NCBI RefSeq assembly: GCF_030684315.1
Contig: NC_081356.1
Coordinates: forward strand, 46,382,393 to 46,446,392
Reading direction: 5' to 3'
DNA length: 64,000 bases
Source of the DNA: Stegostoma tigrinum
Taxonomy: Eukaryota
Shown: in pieces, positions 63,167 through 64,000 of the stretch
How the letters are laid out: each line of letters begins with the position of its first letter
How positions within the stretch are numbered: the first letter of the stretch is position 1
Made by a program: the position numbers and the translations under genes
The notes under the pieces: model-generated
Seen by the model: only the letters and a program-made list of their open reading frames with translations
The model's database searches: none
Told to the model about the DNA's origin: nothing

Positions 63167-63519
63167 GTACATACTGCTGTGAGATAAATAACTGAACAAA
63201 GCTTTTACTCTTCAGAAAGGCATTGCCAAGAACCTATACCTTCCTCCTGTTTCTTTCTTATTTCTCCATACATCTTCTCAACCCCATCTTGTTTGTGCTG
63301 CTGATCTCTTCACTGTATAGTCATTGAGTATATAAGTGTGTTCAGATGAGAGCGATAACTGAGATTCACTTGTGCACATGGGGATTTATAATGGGTATCT
63401 TTGTGGAATAAAAAGAAGTGTGCAATCAATAAGCTACCTTTCACTGCCATCTGGACTAAAACGTAAGCAGCAGCTTTCTCTAGTTATTCTAATGCTGTGG
63501 CATTGGATAAAGCAAAAGC

Positions 63520-64000
63520 AACATTCCAGCAAAACATTAAGGCTCATGCTTTAGAACTAGGCAAGGTGTCCCAATCCAGCTACAACACTAGCATATACAT
63601 GATAATGTGAAAAATTATTCGGATATGTTGAGTTCACAAGATGACAAGTTGAGTTGGCGACCTACTAACGCATCAGTGTGCTTGAGGTCAATAATAAAGT
63701 GATGGAAGTTATAATCAACACTGGTATCAAGTGGTAGTTTATCAACAATAAACTGCTCACTAATATCCAGTTGTGGGTTCCACCAAATCCACTCAGCTCC
63801 TGACCTTATTACAGCCTTGTTTCAAACATAGAGAAAACAACTGAACTCCAGAGGTGAGTTGACAGTATCACCTCTTGACACCAAGACAGCATTTGACCAA
63901 ATACAGCATCAAAGAGCCCTAGCAACAATGGAGGAAATGGGAATTAGTCAGAAATCTCTCTGCTGTTTGGAGGCCATTGATTACAGTGGAAGATAGCGTT
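63520..64000 (+). mobile_element. RT region of the ORF1-less LINE family (continues beyond window)
   Basis: QSSYNTSIY...GFHQIHSAPDLITALFQT...LNSRGE...LDTKTAFD...HQRALA.MEEMGI. Confidence 0.8.

Noticed and set aside
1-64000. CRISPR arrays, operons or prokaryotic defence systems
   Set aside because: The sequence is vertebrate repeat-rich DNA; no regularly spaced repeat-spacer array or gene-dense region was seen.

Overview
Eukaryotic (vertebrate) genomic DNA, almost certainly from a cartilaginous fish (shark). The repeat set points there: CR1/HER1-type LINEs with (TTCTATG)n tails, HE1/V-SINEs, shark-type Penelope elements, Rex1 and Tx1 fragments. The window is AT-rich, CpG-depleted, intronic or intergenic, and more than half of it is nested, mostly decayed retroelements. 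Nearly all ORFs in the supplied track are transposon fragments or spurious. No complete host gene is present. One good candidate host exon (63002-63166, +, Ser/Thr-rich, three N-glycosylation sequons, phase 1-1) and two weaker ones suggest a + strand secreted or membrane-protein gene. Main observations: (1) an ORF1-less APE-RT LINE whose 5' end is a tRNA-derived SINE-like head, seen in two independent copies, alongside a short SINE that equals this LINE's 5' head fused to its 3' tail; (2) a cluster of TSD-flanked, head-to-head inverted Penelope insertions carrying minimal hammerhead-ribozyme motifs, from a 1.3-kb near-perfect palindrome down to about 220-bp mini-palindromes; (3) an R2-clade element lying outside 28S rDNA; (4) a microhomology-bounded inverted self-duplication inside a CR1; (5) isolated non-repeat hairpins. 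Coordinates of decayed elements are approximate and family names are assigned by eye, without database searches.
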